NCBI RefSeq assembly: GCF_058153355.1
Contig: NZ_CM177019.1
DNA: 64,000 bases
Reading direction: 5' to 3' (one strand)
Part shown: positions 10,790 to 27,110 of the stretch, piece by piece
How the letters are laid out: each line of letters starts with the position of its first letter
Position numbering within the stretch: position 1 is the stretch's first letter
Program-made: the position numbers and the translations under genes
Notes under the pieces: model-generated
What the model was told of the DNA's origin: nothing
Seen by the model: the letters and a program-made list of their open reading frames with translations, nothing else
The model's database searches: none

Positions 10790-11884
10790 ATGGAAAAACT
10801 GCGGGTAGGAATCGTTTTTGGTGGTAAATCAGCGGAACATGAAGTGTCTTTGCAATCGGCAAAAAACATTGTCGATGCCATTGATAAAAGTCGCTTCGAC
10901 GTTGTGCTGCTGGGCATTGATAAACAAGGGCAATGGCACGTCAGCGATGCCAACAATTATCTGCTAAATGCAGACGATCCTGCCCATATTGCGTTGCGCC
11001 CTTCGGCGACCAGTCTTGCGCAGGTGCCTGGTAAACATGAGCATCAGCTTATCGACGCGCAAAACGGTCAGCCATTGCCGACGGTGGATGTCATTTTCCC
11101 GATTGTTCACGGTACGCTAGGCGAAGATGGTTCCTTGCAGGGAATGCTGCGGGTCGCCAATTTACCGTTTGTGGGTTCTGATGTTCTGGCGTCAGCAGCC
11201 TGTATGGATAAAGATGTCACCAAACGTCTGCTACGCGATGCCGGGCTGAACATTGCGCCATTTATTACCCTGACACGCACCAATCGTCAAAACATCAGTT
11301 TTGCCGAAGTGAAGTCAAAACTGGGGTTACCGCTGTTTGTAAAACCCGCTAACCAAGGCTCTTCTGTTGGTGTCAGCAAAGTAACCAGTGAAGAAGAGTA
11401 CGCAATTGCCGTCGATCTGGCGTTCGAGTTCGATCATAAAGTGATCGTTGAGCAAGGGATCAAAGGTCGTGAGATCGAATGCGCGGTTCTGGGCAACGAC
11501 AATCCGCAAGCCAGCACCTGTGGCGAGATCGTACTAACCAGCGATTTTTATGCCTACGACACCAAGTACATTGACGAAGATGGCGCGAAAGTGGTAGTTC
11601 CGGCAGCCATTGCGCCAGAAATCAACGATAAGATCCGGGCGATTGCCGTTCAGGCTTATCAGACGTTGGGATGCGCAGGCATGGCGCGTGTAGACGTGTT
11701 TTTAACCCCAGAGAACGAAGTGGTGATCAACGAGATCAACACACTGCCAGGCTTCACCAACATCAGTATGTATCCGAAGCTGTGGCAAGCCAGCGGTTTG
11801 GGTTACACCGACCTGATCACACGTCTGATCGAGTTGGCGCTGGAGCGTCACGCTGCGGATAACGCATTGAAAACCACAATGTAA
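10790..11884 (+). CDS. ddlA: D-alanine--D-alanine ligase A
   Basis: 364-aa [27 protein letters not shown]..., ATP-grasp Ddl signature. Confidence 0.95.
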   Translation: MEKLRVGIVFGGKSAEHEVSLQSAKNIVDAIDKSRFDVVLLGIDKQGQWHVSDANNYLLNADDPAHIALRPSATSLAQVPGKHEHQLIDAQNGQPLPTVDVIFPIVHGTLGEDGSLQGMLRVANLPFVGSDVLASAACMDKDVTKRLLRDAGLNIAPFITLTRTNRQNISFAEVKSKLGLPLFVKPANQGSSVGVSKVTSEEEYAIAVDLAFEFDHKVIVEQGIKGREIECAVLGNDNPQASTCGEIVLTSDFYAYDTKYIDEDGAKVVVPAAIAPEINDKIRAIAVQAYQTLGCAGMARVDVFLTPENEVVINEINTLPGFTNISMYPKLWQASGLGYTDLITRLIELALERHAADNALKTTM

Positions 11885-11934
11885 TTTTTAAATGCCCAAT
11901 AACTGTAATTGGGCATTTAAGACTGTAAGATTGC

Positions 11935-12035
11935 CTGATGCGCTTTGCTTATCAGGCCTACAAGATAATTGCAATATACTGATTTTGTAGGCAGGATAAG
12001 GCGTTCGCGCCGCGTCCGGCAAAAACAACGAGCAC
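11935..12035. repeat. REP pair (BIME-like) downstream of ddlA
   Basis: gcctgatgcgctttgcttatcaggcctac ... gtaggcaggataaggcgttcgcgccgcgtccggc. Confidence 0.6.
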
Positions 12036-12050
12036 TTTGTCAGCCCCCAG

Positions 12051-12090
12051 AACGCCCAATCCTCTGTTATTGGGCGTTTTCAGTTTCTTC
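12051..12090 (+). terminator. Candidate intrinsic terminator (hairpin + T-rich tail) for ddlA, overlapping the yaiZ 3' end
   Basis: aacgcccaat-cctctgtt-attgggcgtt stem-loop followed by ttcagtttcttc. Confidence 0.35.
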
Positions 12091-12279
12091 ATCGCGACGA
12101 CGAATAATCAGCCCCGCGAGCCAGAAACTAATCACCCACGTCACCAGACCAACGGCATAGGTCTGCCAACCTTTTGCTTCAAATCCCAGTAACCCCACCA
12201 CGCCATTAAGAATGAATATCAGGCCAATGGCGAACGCATAGTAGTGCCAGTCACGGCGAATTTTTACAGGCAGACTCAT
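12067..12279 (-). CDS. yaiZ: Small inner-membrane protein YaiZ
   Basis: ORF 12067..12306; 70-aa product from MSLPVKIRRDWHYYAFAIGLIFILNG..., two hydrophobic helices. Confidence 0.75.
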   Translation of the reverse strand: MSLPVKIRRDWHYYAFAIGLIFILNGVVGLLGFEAKGWQTYAVGLVTWVISFWLAGLIIRRRDEETENAQ

Positions 12280-12537
12280 GGCAGCTCCGTTAACGAAAAA
12301 TAACATCTTCGCATAATCGATAACTTACGTCTGTGGGGTAGACAGCATTTCCCGTATCGTTAAAAAGTTTAACTTAAAGTTACCGTTTTGTGACTCGTGA
12401 CAAATATTCCCGCTTCGGGAATATTCCCAACATCAATTTACCATGATTCTGATATTGACAATCTAAATGACCTGTCAGACTTGCCATAAGCCGCTGGTAT
12501 CACACCAGAAGAGAAGCAGATGACTTCCGGAGGTTTT

Positions 12538-12846
12538 ATGGCTGATTTCACCCTGTCAAAATCGCTGTTTAGCGGAAAATATCGCAATGCCTCTTCTACG
12601 CCTGGCAACATTGCCTATGCGTTGTTTGTGCTGTTTTGCTTTTGGGCTGGGGCGCAATTGCTGAACCTGTTAGTGCATGCGCCCGGCGTCTATGAGCGTT
12701 TAATGCAGGCTCAGGAAACAGGCCGCCCACGGGTGGAAATTGGTTTAGGTGTCGGTACCATTTTCGGACTGATCCCATTTTTAATTGGCTGCTTCATTTT
12801 TGCAGTGGTGGCGCTATGGCTGCACTGGCGACATCGCCGCCAGTAA
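12538..12846 (+). CDS. yaiY: Inner-membrane protein YaiY
   Basis: ORF 12520..12846; 102-aa product from [20 protein letters not shown]... Confidence 0.75.
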   Translation: MADFTLSKSLFSGKYRNASSTPGNIAYALFVLFCFWAGAQLLNLLVHAPGVYERLMQAQETGRPRVEIGLGVGTIFGLIPFLIGCFIFAVVALWLHWRHRRQ

Positions 12847-12903
12847 GAGTAGGTTGCCAGATGCGGCCTAAAATGCCTTATCTGGCCTGGCGTTGCCTTT
12901 TGC

Positions 12904-13998
12904 TTACTGTTTCATACAACGCGCCCGCCGTTCGTCTACGCGCTTCGCAAACCAGGCCGTAGTCAGATTGCGGGTAATTTTCGGGCTTTCCAGTTGGATG
13001 CCGGGCAACATTTCGCGGGGTAGTGATCTACCCGTTTTCGCTTCGGCAAGTTGATAAACTTTCTTGTACAGCGCCGTCTCCTCAAAAGAGAAGCTGTCCC
13101 CTTTCTCTAACTGACGGCGAATTTCGCTGTCGCTCATCCCCAGTTTGCCTGCCAGTTTGCGCGTTGCCAGCTCTGTTTTCCCAGGTTCTTTACTGTCGTA
13201 ACGAATTAAATCACCGTCCAGCGCCAGCTTCATGCCAGTGGCCTTACTGACCGCGTTCTGAAAAGCGGCATTACGGCTGGCGTACCAGCCAGCGTTAAAA
13301 TCGGCAAAACGGTATATCGGCGCGCTATAACTGGCGGGATAATTCAGTAAATGGTAAGTACCGAACCACAATCCGCCGCGGCGACTGAAGACTTCCTGAC
13401 GGACTGTACCGTCCATTTTCCACGGATACCCTTTAGTATGCTGTTCGGCAAACGCAATGCTGACCTGCATCGGTCCACCGGTACGTACCGGATTAAGCGA
13501 ACCAAACAGCGTCTGCCCCATTGGCACCATGCTGATCAAATCGTCAAAAATCGCGCTTAATTGCTTTTCTGTACGCACAGAATCTAACCGCTCACTATAA
13601 CTTTTGCCGTTTGGCGATTTGATTTTTAGCGCGGTATGAACCAGAAAAGCAGGGATGTGCATCCGTTCGGCACGACGGTCAATCTCTTGCCATGCTATCT
13701 TGCTTAAGCCCGGAACGGGCGGATCTGCCTGATAATTTGACTCCTGCTGCGCCACCGCCAGCACCGAGCAGACATTTTCCAGCGTCGGTGCCAGCCCCTG
13801 ACTTTCAAACGTGGTGGCAAGATCTTTCGCCCAGGCATCGCGGTCTTTCACACTCGCGGGCATCTTCTGCCGCACGACGCTCGCCACATCTATCGCTTTT
13901 TCGCCCTTTTTCAACGGTTGCGGAGCCTGACTACTACACCCTGCTAAAACCAGAACCGCCAATAACGAAAGCGAAGATAGATGATTGACGCGCGACAT
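12904..13998 (-). CDS. yaiW: Lipoprotein YaiW
   Basis: 364-aa ORF with lipoprotein signal LLAVLVLAGCSS; downstream of sbmA in the same orientation. Confidence 0.85.
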   Translation of the reverse strand: MSRVNHLSSLSLLAVLVLAGCSSQAPQPLKKGEKAIDVASVVRQKMPASVKDRDAWAKDLATTFESQGLAPTLENVCSVLAVAQQESNYQADPPVPGLSKIAWQEIDRRAERMHIPAFLVHTALKIKSPNGKSYSERLDSVRTEKQLSAIFDDLISMVPMGQTLFGSLNPVRTGGPMQVSIAFAEQHTKGYPWKMDGTVRQEVFSRRGGLWFGTYHLLNYPASYSAPIYRFADFNAGWYASRNAAFQNAVSKATGMKLALDGDLIRYDSKEPGKTELATRKLAGKLGMSDSEIRRQLEKGDSFSFEETALYKKVYQLAEAKTGRSLPREMLPGIQLESPKITRNLTTAWFAKRVDERRARCMKQ

Positions 13999-14010
13999 TA
14001 CTTCTCCTTT

Positions 14011-15231
14011 TTAACTCAAGGTATGGGTTACTTCCTGAATTTTGTCACCATCCAGCTCATGTTCAAAGCTGCGCAGACGTTTGTAGATAGACATCAACTC
14101 AACCAGCGTGGTCCATGAGTTAATCAGGTACTGAAAAGCACCGCGAACCTGACCAAAAACGTTGGTAATCTGCGTCATCAGGCCGAGCGTAATCGTACCG
14201 GCAACAATCGACGGAAACAGCAAGAACAAACCGAAAACGTTATCGACCTGCAAATAGAGAATGCGGGCGATGTTGAAATACATATAGTGAAAATAGAGGC
14301 GGAAATAGTTTTTCCGCACGGCGCTAAACAGCTCGCGTACCGTAGGCGGCGTCGCGCGCGATGCATCGTCTTCACCATAAACCAACTCTTTACGGTAGGC
14401 AGCTTCTACACGCTGATTTTTAAACTCCAGTCCCGGCAGTTTGATCCCAACCACTGCCAGTAATCCGGTCCCCATCAACGACCATACGATAGCAGCAATC
14501 ACCAGACCATACGGAATATGCCCGACAATCGGCAGCTCTGGCACATGCGCAGAGAGCGTTACCAGTACCGGCAGGAAGGCGATCAACGTCATAATAGCGT
14601 TGATAAAACTGACGCCCATATTCTCAAGCGTTGAAGCAAAACGCATGGTGTCTTCCTGCACACGCTGGGCGGCACCTTCGATATGACGCAGTTGTTGCCA
14701 GTTCGCCATGTAATATTCGTTCATCGCCGTACGCCAGCGGAACACGTAGTGACTGACAAAGAAGTTGTTCAGCACACTGATCACCACCGCGATCAGCGCA
14801 ATCCCCAGAAAGACGCCCACTTCGCGGTAAAATTGTTCGATAGTGACTTTATGCGGCGAACTTAGCGCAGTTTGAATCAGATCATAAAACGGCGCATACC
14901 AGGCGTTGACGGCAACTCCAACTTCCACCAAAAACCAGGTGACGAAGATAATCAACGCAGTACCGAGTATTGACCAGTATTGCCAACGATGCGGGCTATA
15001 AATAAACCAGAACAGTGCAAAAAGCCCTACGCAAACAATGTAGTAAGCGTAAAAAATCAGGAAATCTAACGACCAGAAACGCGCGGCGCTAATTGGGATC
15101 TGCCCGGAAGCTCCGGTGATGCGCGCCACCCAATCCCCCCCACCGGCTTGCCAGAAGATAACGGCAATCAATGCCCAAACAAAGGCCGAGAGAAAAAACG
15201 TTCCCGGCTTTGGGAAAAAAGACTTAAACAT
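14011..15231 (-). CDS. sbmA: Peptide antibiotic/microcin transporter SbmA
   Basis: ORF 14011..15237; 406-aa polytopic membrane protein from [24 protein letters not shown]... Confidence 0.9.
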   Translation of the reverse strand: MFKSFFPKPGTFFLSAFVWALIAVIFWQAGGGDWVARITGASGQIPISAARFWSLDFLIFYAYYIVCVGLFALFWFIYSPHRWQYWSILGTALIIFVTWFLVEVGVAVNAWYAPFYDLIQTALSSPHKVTIEQFYREVGVFLGIALIAVVISVLNNFFVSHYVFRWRTAMNEYYMANWQQLRHIEGAAQRVQEDTMRFASTLENMGVSFINAIMTLIAFLPVLVTLSAHVPELPIVGHIPYGLVIAAIVWSLMGTGLLAVVGIKLPGLEFKNQRVEAAYRKELVYGEDDASRATPPTVRELFSAVRKNYFRLYFHYMYFNIARILYLQVDNVFGLFLLFPSIVAGTITLGLMTQITNVFGQVRGAFQYLINSWTTLVELMSIYKRLRSFEHELDGDKIQEVTHTLS

Positions 15232-15582
15232 ATGCACTCCTGCTAACTTCTTATCGTTTTAACAACTGCTGTGTATTAACCGCATGACCGCTACAAAGAA
15301 TCAGCCAAATGAAACCGCCCATTGTGACCCATAGCAAGGCGCATAGTTCGCCAGCCTGACCATAAGAATTGTTTCGACGGATTTCACAAACCAAAGATTA
15401 TTTACATTAGCGGATTAACACGCGCAGGATCACAAATGCAGGCATTGGTGAGCAGGAAAAAGATCGTGTTTACGCGCCGTTACGTTTTTAACACTATTAT
15501 TGCACTAATTCGCCCTTTGCAATCCATCAATGAGTAGTATAAATACGCTCAGTTACCTTCATTCAATCTATGGACACCACCG

Positions 15583-16740
15583 TTGAAACGTAGTCTGCTT
15601 TTTTCTGCCGTGCTTTGTGCGGCGTTATTGACCCCCGTCCATGCGGCGCAGCCGATCACTGAACCGGAGTTCGCCTCTGATATTGTCGATCGTTATGCCG
15701 ATCATATTTTTTATGGCAGTGGTGCCACGGGGATGGCGCTGGTTGTTATCGACGGTAACCAGCGCGTCTTTCGCAGTTATGGCGAAACGCGCCCGGGTAA
15801 TAACGTTCGCCCGCAGCTGGATTCGGTCGTGCGTATTGCTTCGCTCACCAAGCTAATGACCAGTGAGTTGCTGGTGAAATTGCTCGACCAGGGGACCGTG
15901 AAGTTAAACGATCCGCTAAGTAAATATGCTCCACCAGGCGCACGCGTGCCGACTTACAATGGCACGCCTATTACCCTGGTGAATCTGGCAACCCATACCA
16001 GTGCCTTGCCACGTGAACAGCCGGGAGGCGCGGCACATCGTCCAGTGTTTGTCTGGCCAACGCGCGAGCAACGCTGGAAATACCTTTCTACGGCGAAGCT
16101 GAAAGCCGCGCCAGGCAGTCAGGCGGCATATTCTAACCTTGCGTTCGACCTGCTGGCAGATGCACTGGCGAATGCTTCCGGCAAGCCTTATACCCAGTTG
16201 TTTGAAGAGCAGATTACCCGTCCATTGGGGATGAAAGACACCACCTACACCCCCTCGCCGGACCAGTGCCGCCGTTTAATGGTTGCAGAGCGCGGTGCCA
16301 GTCCATGCAATAACACGCTGGCGGCAATTGGCAGCGGCGGAGTCTATTCCACGCCTGGCGATATGATGCGCTGGATGCAGCAGTATTTGTCATCTGATTT
16401 TTATCAGCGCAGTAATCAGGCGGATCGCATGCAGACGTTGATTTATCAGCGCGCGCAGTTTACGAAAGTGATTGGCATGGATGTCCCCGGCAAAGCGGAT
16501 GCGCTTGGTTTAGGCTGGGTATATATGGCCCCGAAAGAGGGTCGTCCGGGGATTATTCAGAAGACAGGTGGTGGTGGCGGTTTCATTACCTATATGGCGA
16601 TGATCCCGCAGAAGAATATTGGCGCGTTTGTGGTGGTTACTCGTTCGCCATTGACGCGCTTTAAAAATATGAGCGATGGCATCAATGACCTGGTGACCGA
16701 ACTGAGCGGGAATAAACCGTTGGTCATCCCCGCGTCCTGA
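15583..16740 (+). CDS. ampH: Penicillin-binding protein AmpH (class C beta-lactamase fold)
   Basis: 385-aa ORF with signal peptide and SLTK serine-active-site motif. Confidence 0.9.
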   Translation: MKRSLLFSAVLCAALLTPVHAAQPITEPEFASDIVDRYADHIFYGSGATGMALVVIDGNQRVFRSYGETRPGNNVRPQLDSVVRIASLTKLMTSELLVKLLDQGTVKLNDPLSKYAPPGARVPTYNGTPITLVNLATHTSALPREQPGGAAHRPVFVWPTREQRWKYLSTAKLKAAPGSQAAYSNLAFDLLADALANASGKPYTQLFEEQITRPLGMKDTTYTPSPDQCRRLMVAERGASPCNNTLAAIGSGGVYSTPGDMMRWMQQYLSSDFYQRSNQADRMQTLIYQRAQFTKVIGMDVPGKADALGLGWVYMAPKEGRPGIIQKTGGGGGFITYMAMIPQKNIGAFVVVTRSPLTRFKNMSDGINDLVTELSGNKPLVIPAS

Positions 16741-17427
<687 letters not shown>

Positions 17428-17449
17428 TATTTCTTCGGAGTGAAGAATA

Positions 17450-20338
<2,889 letters not shown>

Positions 20339-20863
20339 TTGTCATCCCTCCTCAGGGACGTAATAAGTTGATCCATCAATTATCAATGCATAGAAAACAT
20401 ATTATGTTTCGCGTTTACGATTATGCGGCGTTATAGAGGAATGGTTCAATTATTCTTTCCCCTAAGTCCGATTGCGGACATATATAAAGCACGTGAACAC
20501 ACATAAAGAAATAAATAACAAAAACACATTATTTCAATAGGTTAATGAAAGCGCCAATTTTAAAACATAGACCATAAAAATATAAAAACACCAAACCAGA
20601 CAAATAATGTATCAATAAGCAATGAACTTTACGTTATTCACTTTTTGAAAACGTCACCAAATCCCCAAAAACAATAATCTATAGCTATAAATAAAAATTA
20701 AAAATATTTTCAATGAATATAAATTTATTGCTATTTCTATTACAAAGATGTCCTGACCTCTCATTCATTCTCTTCTTATCAACATCACGACAACTTTCGT
20801 AAAACATCCCCACCCTGCTTCAGGTATACTATGCCCCTCGATTCCACAAACATCAGGCAGACC

Positions 20864-21838
20864 ATGACAGACCTAATCCAACGCCCTCGTCGCCTGCGCA
20901 AATCTCCTGCGCTGCGCGCTATGTTTGAAGAGACAACACTTAGCCTTAACGACCTGGTGTTGCCGATCTTTGTTGAAGAAGAAATTGACGACTACAAAGC
21001 CGTTGAAGCCATGCCAGGCGTGATGCGCATTCCAGAAAAACATCTGGCACGCGAAATTGAACGTATCGCCAACGCCGGTATTCGTTCCGTGATGACTTTC
21101 GGCATCTCTCACCATACCGATGAAACCGGCAGCGATGCCTGGCGGGAAGATGGTCTGGTGGCGCGTATGTCGCGCATCTGCAAGCAGACCGTGCCAGAAA
21201 TGATCGTCATGTCAGACACCTGTTTCTGTGAATACACTTCTCACGGTCACTGCGGTGTGCTGTGTGAGCATGGCGTGGACAACGACGCGACCCTGGAAAA
21301 TTTAGGCAAGCAGGCCGTGGTTGCAGCTGCTGCAGGTGCAGACTTCATCGCCCCTTCCGCCGCAATGGATGGCCAGGTACAAGCGATTCGCCAGGCGCTG
21401 GACGCTGCGGGCTTTAAAGATACGGCGATCATGTCGTATTCGACCAAGTTCGCCTCTTCCTTTTATGGTCCGTTCCGTGAAGCTGCCGGAAGCGCATTAA
21501 AAGGCGACCGCAAAAGCTATCAGATGAACCCAATGAACCGTCGTGAGGCGATTCGTGAGTCACTGCTGGATGAAGCCCAGGGCGCGGACTGTCTGATGGT
21601 TAAACCAGCTGGAGCGTACCTCGACATCGTGCGTGAGCTGCGTGAGCGTACTGAATTGCCGATTGGTGCGTATCAGGTGAGCGGTGAGTACGCGATGATT
21701 AAGTTCGCTGCGCTGGCGGGTGCTATAGATGAAGAGAAAGTGGTGCTCGAAAGTTTAGGTTCGATTAAGCGTGCGGGTGCGGATCTGATTTTCAGCTACT
21801 TTGCGCTGGATTTGGCTGAGAAGAAGATTCTGCGTTAA
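20864..21838 (+). CDS. hemB: Porphobilinogen synthase (delta-aminolevulinate dehydratase)
   Basis: ORF 20831..21838; 324-aa product from [24 protein letters not shown]... Confidence 0.95.
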
Positions 21839-21877
21839 TGATCATTATGCCGGGTTATCCAACCCGGCATTTCCCCC

Positions 21878-22729
21878 TTACCCCGCCCGATAAAACGGTT
21901 TATCCCCAAGGATCGTCGCCCGATGCATAATCCGCCGCTGTGGCAGGTAATCCGCATTGGCATAGTGCTGAGTCACGCGGTTATCCCAAATCGCGATATC
22001 ATTTGGCTGCCAGCGCCAACGTACCTGAAACTCCGGTTTGGTGATATGGGCAAACAAAAAACCTAACAAGGCTTCGCTCTCTTTCTCGCTGACATCAACA
22101 ATTCGCGTAGTAAAGCCTTCATTCACAAACAGCGCCTGTTTACCGCTCACCGGATGCGTTCGCACCACCGGATGTAGCAACGGCGGATTTTTCGCGACCG
22201 CCTCGCGCCAGCGTTGATGCTCCTCCTCCGTTTTGCGGTATTTGTATTCCGGGAACGATTTACGGAAATCATGCTCCGCACGCAGCCCGCTCAACAGCTG
22301 GCGGAAGGGAACAGAGAGCGCCTCATAGGCCGCAATGCCGCTGGTCCAGAGCGTATCGCCGCCAGTCGAGGGTAACTCTTTCGCCGCCAGAATCGCCCCT
22401 GCGGGTGGCGTTTCAATAAATGTCACATCGGTGTGCCAGTTATCGTTATCCGGCGGATTATCGTTATGAGTATCCAGTACGATGATCTCCTCAACCCCTT
22501 CGGCATGAGGGTAAACAGGATGAATATGCAGTTCGCCAAAACGCTGGGCCAGCGCGCGTTGCTGCTGCGGTGTAATGGCTTGTTCACGCACAAATACCAC
22601 CTGATGGCGCAGTACCGCATGGTAAAGCTGTTCAAACTGATTATCGCTTAACGGACGCGTCAGGTCGGCACCCGAAATTTGTGCACCGATATACGGCCCC
22701 AGCGGGGTAATGCTCAGACGTTCACTCAT
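21878..22729 (-). CDS. tauD: Taurine dioxygenase (alpha-ketoglutarate dependent)
   Basis: 283-aa [23 protein letters not shown]... Confidence 0.95.
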   Translation of the reverse strand: MSERLSITPLGPYIGAQISGADLTRPLSDNQFEQLYHAVLRHQVVFVREQAITPQQQRALAQRFGELHIHPVYPHAEGVEEIIVLDTHNDNPPDNDNWHTDVTFIETPPAGAILAAKELPSTGGDTLWTSGIAAYEALSVPFRQLLSGLRAEHDFRKSFPEYKYRKTEEEHQRWREAVAKNPPLLHPVVRTHPVSGKQALFVNEGFTTRIVDVSEKESEALLGFLFAHITKPEFQVRWRWQPNDIAIWDNRVTQHYANADYLPQRRIMHRATILGDKPFYRAG

Positions 22730-23553
22730 TGTACTTCTCCATGCCAGGGCGTCAGGCGGCGCTGTAACGCGCGCAGACCCAGTTCTAAAAGAAAGGCGAT
22801 AATCGCAATCACCGCGATCCCCGCCAGCACCACGTCAGTCGCGAGAAATTCACCCGCTGACTGGACCATAAAACCCAAACCGCGCGTCGCGGCAATCAAC
22901 TCCGCCGCCACCAGGGTAGACCAGCCCACACCCAGACCAATGCGTAATCCGGTGAGGATTTCCGGCAGCGCACCGGGCAAAATAACAAACCACAGTACCT
23001 GTGTGCGGCTGGCCCCCAGCGACTGAGCGGCACGAATGCGAACCTGCTGCGCGCTTTTCACCCCCGCCAGCGCCGACATCGCCACCGGCGCAAAAATCGC
23101 TAAATAGATCAGTAAGATCTTCGAGGTTTCGCCAATACCAAACCAGATCACCATCAGCGGCAAATAAGCCAGCGGCGGCACCGGACGATAAAGCTCGATT
23201 ATCGGATCCAGAATGCCGCGCACCGTCGGGCTTAGCCCCATGGCGATCCCGACCGGAATACCGATCAACACCGCCGCGAGTAGCGCCAGCACAATGCGCG
23301 TCAGGCTGGCTGCCAGATGTTGCCACAGGGTGGCGTCCATAAATCCTTGAGGTCCGGCAATAGTGAGCAGTTTTGCCATTACCTGTTGCGGCGGCGGCAG
23401 AAACAGCGGGCTAATCAGTTGCAGCGCCGCCACCGCCCACCATACCGTGAGTAAAACCGCTAACGTGCCAATGCTTAAGGTCACCTGACGCGAGAGCGGC
23501 CAGCGCCATTTCAGCCGATGCGAATGCAGTTTTTCATTAATGAGCACACTCAT
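22726..23553 (-). CDS. tauC: Taurine ABC transporter permease
   Basis: 275-aa membrane ORF; 4-bp overlap with tauD start. Confidence 0.9.
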   Translation of the reverse strand: MSVLINEKLHSHRLKWRWPLSRQVTLSIGTLAVLLTVWWAVAALQLISPLFLPPPQQVMAKLLTIAGPQGFMDATLWQHLAASLTRIVLALLAAVLIGIPVGIAMGLSPTVRGILDPIIELYRPVPPLAYLPLMVIWFGIGETSKILLIYLAIFAPVAMSALAGVKSAQQVRIRAAQSLGASRTQVLWFVILPGALPEILTGLRIGLGVGWSTLVAAELIAATRGLGFMVQSAGEFLATDVVLAGIAVIAIIAFLLELGLRALQRRLTPWHGEVQ

Positions 23554-24317
23554 GAGAACGCCTCCCGTTGCTCAAATACGCGGCTTAAAACATATTCGCG
23601 CATGGCGATGAATTGTGGATCGGACTTGATGCTGCGGCTCGGTTCCCCGGCAACAAAGCGGCGGGCGAAGTTGAGCGGCAGGCGTTCCAGCACGCGGCCT
23701 GGGCCGGGTGAAAGCAGAACCAGTTCAGTCGCCATAAACACCGCTTCTTCTATATCGTGGGTAATCAACAGCACCTGCTTGCCCGTCTCCTGCCAGAGTT
23801 TCAGCAGCAGGGTTTGCATCTGGTCGCGGGTGAAGGCGTCCAGCGCGCCAAACGGTTCGTCGAGTAATAACAGCTGGGGATTTGCCGCCAGCGCGCGGGC
23901 AATCCCTACCCGCTGACGTTGACCGCCGGAAAGCTGCCAGATATAGCGTTTTTCTGCGCCTTCTAGCCCCACTTTTTTCAGCATCTGGTGCGCGATTTCC
24001 AGGCGCTGTACTTTCTCTACACCTGCCAGTTGCAGGCCGAATGCCACGTTGTCTACCACATTACGCCACGGCAACAGCCCTTCATTCTGAAAAACCACGC
24101 CCCGCTCTGCGCCCGGTCCCTCAATGCACTTACCCGCCAGTTGAATGCTGCCATGCTGATAAGGCACAAAACCGGCAATCAGATTCAGCAAGGTGGTTTT
24201 GCCGCAGCCAGACGGTCCCAGAACCACCAGAAGCTCGCCGCTTTCCAGCGTCAGGTTGATATCTTCCAACGCCGGTTTGCCGCCATAATCGGCGTAAAGA
24301 TGAGAGATTTGCAGCAT
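23550..24317 (-). CDS. tauB: Taurine ABC transporter ATP-binding protein
   Basis: 255-aa ORF with Walker [10 protein letters not shown] and LSGGQRQR signature; 4-bp overlap with tauC. Confidence 0.9.
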   Translation of the reverse strand: MLQISHLYADYGGKPALEDINLTLESGELLVVLGPSGCGKTTLLNLIAGFVPYQHGSIQLAGKCIEGPGAERGVVFQNEGLLPWRNVVDNVAFGLQLAGVEKVQRLEIAHQMLKKVGLEGAEKRYIWQLSGGQRQRVGIARALAANPQLLLLDEPFGALDAFTRDQMQTLLLKLWQETGKQVLLITHDIEEAVFMATELVLLSPGPGRVLERLPLNFARRFVAGEPSRSIKSDPQFIAMREYVLSRVFEQREAFS

Positions 24318-24329
24318 CTGCGCCTCCTT

Positions 24330-25292
24330 TTATTGCACGAAGCGCGAGGTCACGTACTGGCTGTAATCATTCGCCACGGCAGGGACTTTGCCCTGATCTT
24401 TCAAAAACTGCGCGGTATCGATGATCGCTTTGTTCACCGGTCCGGTCAGTTCTGCCGTTTGCTGCTGCGGTGTCAGATAGGTATTCCCCTTCACAAGCCC
24501 CGGAACGTCACCTTCCGGCACACCGCTTAAACGCGCCAGTTTGCTGATGTTTTCCGGCTGTTTCAGCCACGCGTCTGGGTTAGCAATGTACGGTTGCTGA
24601 GCATCGATGGCGCTTTTAGCGAACGCTTTCACGACTTCAGGATGTTTCTCGGCAAAATCTTTCCGCACGACCCAGACGTCCAGTGTCGGCGCGCCCCACT
24701 GCCCGACCTGTTCAGAATCGGTCAGCACCTTGCCATCTTTTTCCAGGGCGTTAACCGCCGGTGCCCAGACATAAGCACCATCAATGTCTCCCCGCTGCCA
24801 GGCGGCGATAATCGCAGGCGGCTGCAGGTTCACAATCTCCACTTGCCCGGGTTTAATGCCCCAGTGTTTCAGCGCCGCCAGCAAGCTGTAATGCGTGGTG
24901 GAGATAAACGGTACGGCAATGCGTTTGCCAATCAGATCTTCGGGTTTGCTGATGGTTTTCTTCACCACCAGCGCTTCGGAGTTACCCAGTTTTGACGCCA
25001 GCAAGAAGACTTCAATCGGCACCTGTTGGCTGGCTGCAACCGCTAATGGGCTGGAACCGAGGTTGCCGATTTGCACGTCGCCAGAAGCCAGTGCCCGCAC
25101 GATGCTGGCCCCGCTGTCAAACTTACGCCAGTCCACGGTCGCCCCGCTCTCTTTAGCAAAGGTGTTATCGGCCTGAGCCACTTTCGCCGGTTCAGCGGAG
25201 GTTTGATAGGCCACGGTGACGTTCACCGCCTGTGCCTGAAAAGCGATGAATGCCAGTGCGGCAAGAAGTGTGTTACGCGATGAAATTGCCAT
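24330..25292 (-). CDS. tauA: Taurine-binding periplasmic protein
   Basis: 320-aa ORF with signal peptide; first gene of the tau operon. Confidence 0.9.
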   Translation of the reverse strand: MAISSRNTLLAALAFIAFQAQAVNVTVAYQTSAEPAKVAQADNTFAKESGATVDWRKFDSGASIVRALASGDVQIGNLGSSPLAVAASQQVPIEVFLLASKLGNSEALVVKKTISKPEDLIGKRIAVPFISTTHYSLLAALKHWGIKPGQVEIVNLQPPAIIAAWQRGDIDGAYVWAPAVNALEKDGKVLTDSEQVGQWGAPTLDVWVVRKDFAEKHPEVVKAFAKSAIDAQQPYIANPDAWLKQPENISKLARLSGVPEGDVPGLVKGNTYLTPQQQTAELTGPVNKAIIDTAQFLKDQGKVPAVANDYSQYVTSRFVQ

Positions 25293-25520
25293 GATTGTCT
25301 GCTCCCCTGTCTTGTTATAGGAGCAGTATTTCGTTGCTGGTCAGTTTGATAAAGGAATTAAAACGTCTTGTTAAGAACAAAGCGTTTTTAGAAAAAAACT
25401 GGCAATGGTTAGCGAATATGCGCATTTTGCTATTTTTAACAAACATCGCCTGGTGCAGCGCTCACGCCTCTTATCATGCATACAAATACTGGGGCCGGAT
25501 AAATTTTATGCTCCAATGCT

Positions 25521-25572
25521 ATATACTATAGGGGGGTATGCATTGACATATAGCATACCCCCCTATAGTATA
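25521..25572. promoter_or_regulatory. FrmR operator: perfect 21-bp inverted repeat with G6/C6 tracts in the frmRAB promoter
   Basis: atatactataggggggtatgc - 11 bp spacer containing ttgacat - gcatacccccctatagtatat, 26 bp upstream of the frmR ATG; T/A-flanked G-tract sites are typical of RcnR/CsoR-family (FrmR) operators. Confidence 0.75.
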
Positions 25573-25597
25573 TTGCGTGCAGATGATGAGGTGCGAA

Positions 25598-25873
25598 ATG
25601 CCCAGTACTCCGGAAGAGAAGAAAAAGGTCCTTACTCGAGTTCGTCGTATTCGGGGGCAAATTGATGCTCTGGAACGGTCGCTGGAGGGTGATGCCGAAT
25701 GCCGTGCCATACTGCAACAGATCGCTGCCGTTCGGGGCGCGGCTAACGGGCTGATGGCAGAAGTGCTTGAAAGCCATATCCGGGAAACGTTTGACCGAAA
25801 TGACTGCTACAGCCGCGAAGTCAGCCAATCCGTTGACGACACTATTGAACTGGTTCGTGCCTATCTTAAATAG
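25598..25873 (+). CDS. frmR: Formaldehyde-responsive transcriptional repressor FrmR
   Basis: ORF 25577..25873; 91-aa product from [60 protein letters not shown] (CsoR/RcnR fold). Confidence 0.9.
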
Positions 25874-25877
25874 CTGA

Positions 25878-27017
<1,140 letters not shown>

Positions 27018-27110
27018 TTTCCCGCTGATTTTGCCTCGTCCAGTTCAGACGAGGTTCGTAATACCGTCCCCGGGCAGCCGTCCGGGGAATTAACCATGAG
27101 ATAATGGCTG

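Noticed and set aside
11885-11920. Hairpin aaatgcccaat-aactgta-attgggcattt just after ddlA as an intrinsic terminator
   Set aside because: No U-tract follows on either strand; the hairpin further downstream (12051..12090) is a better terminator candidate.
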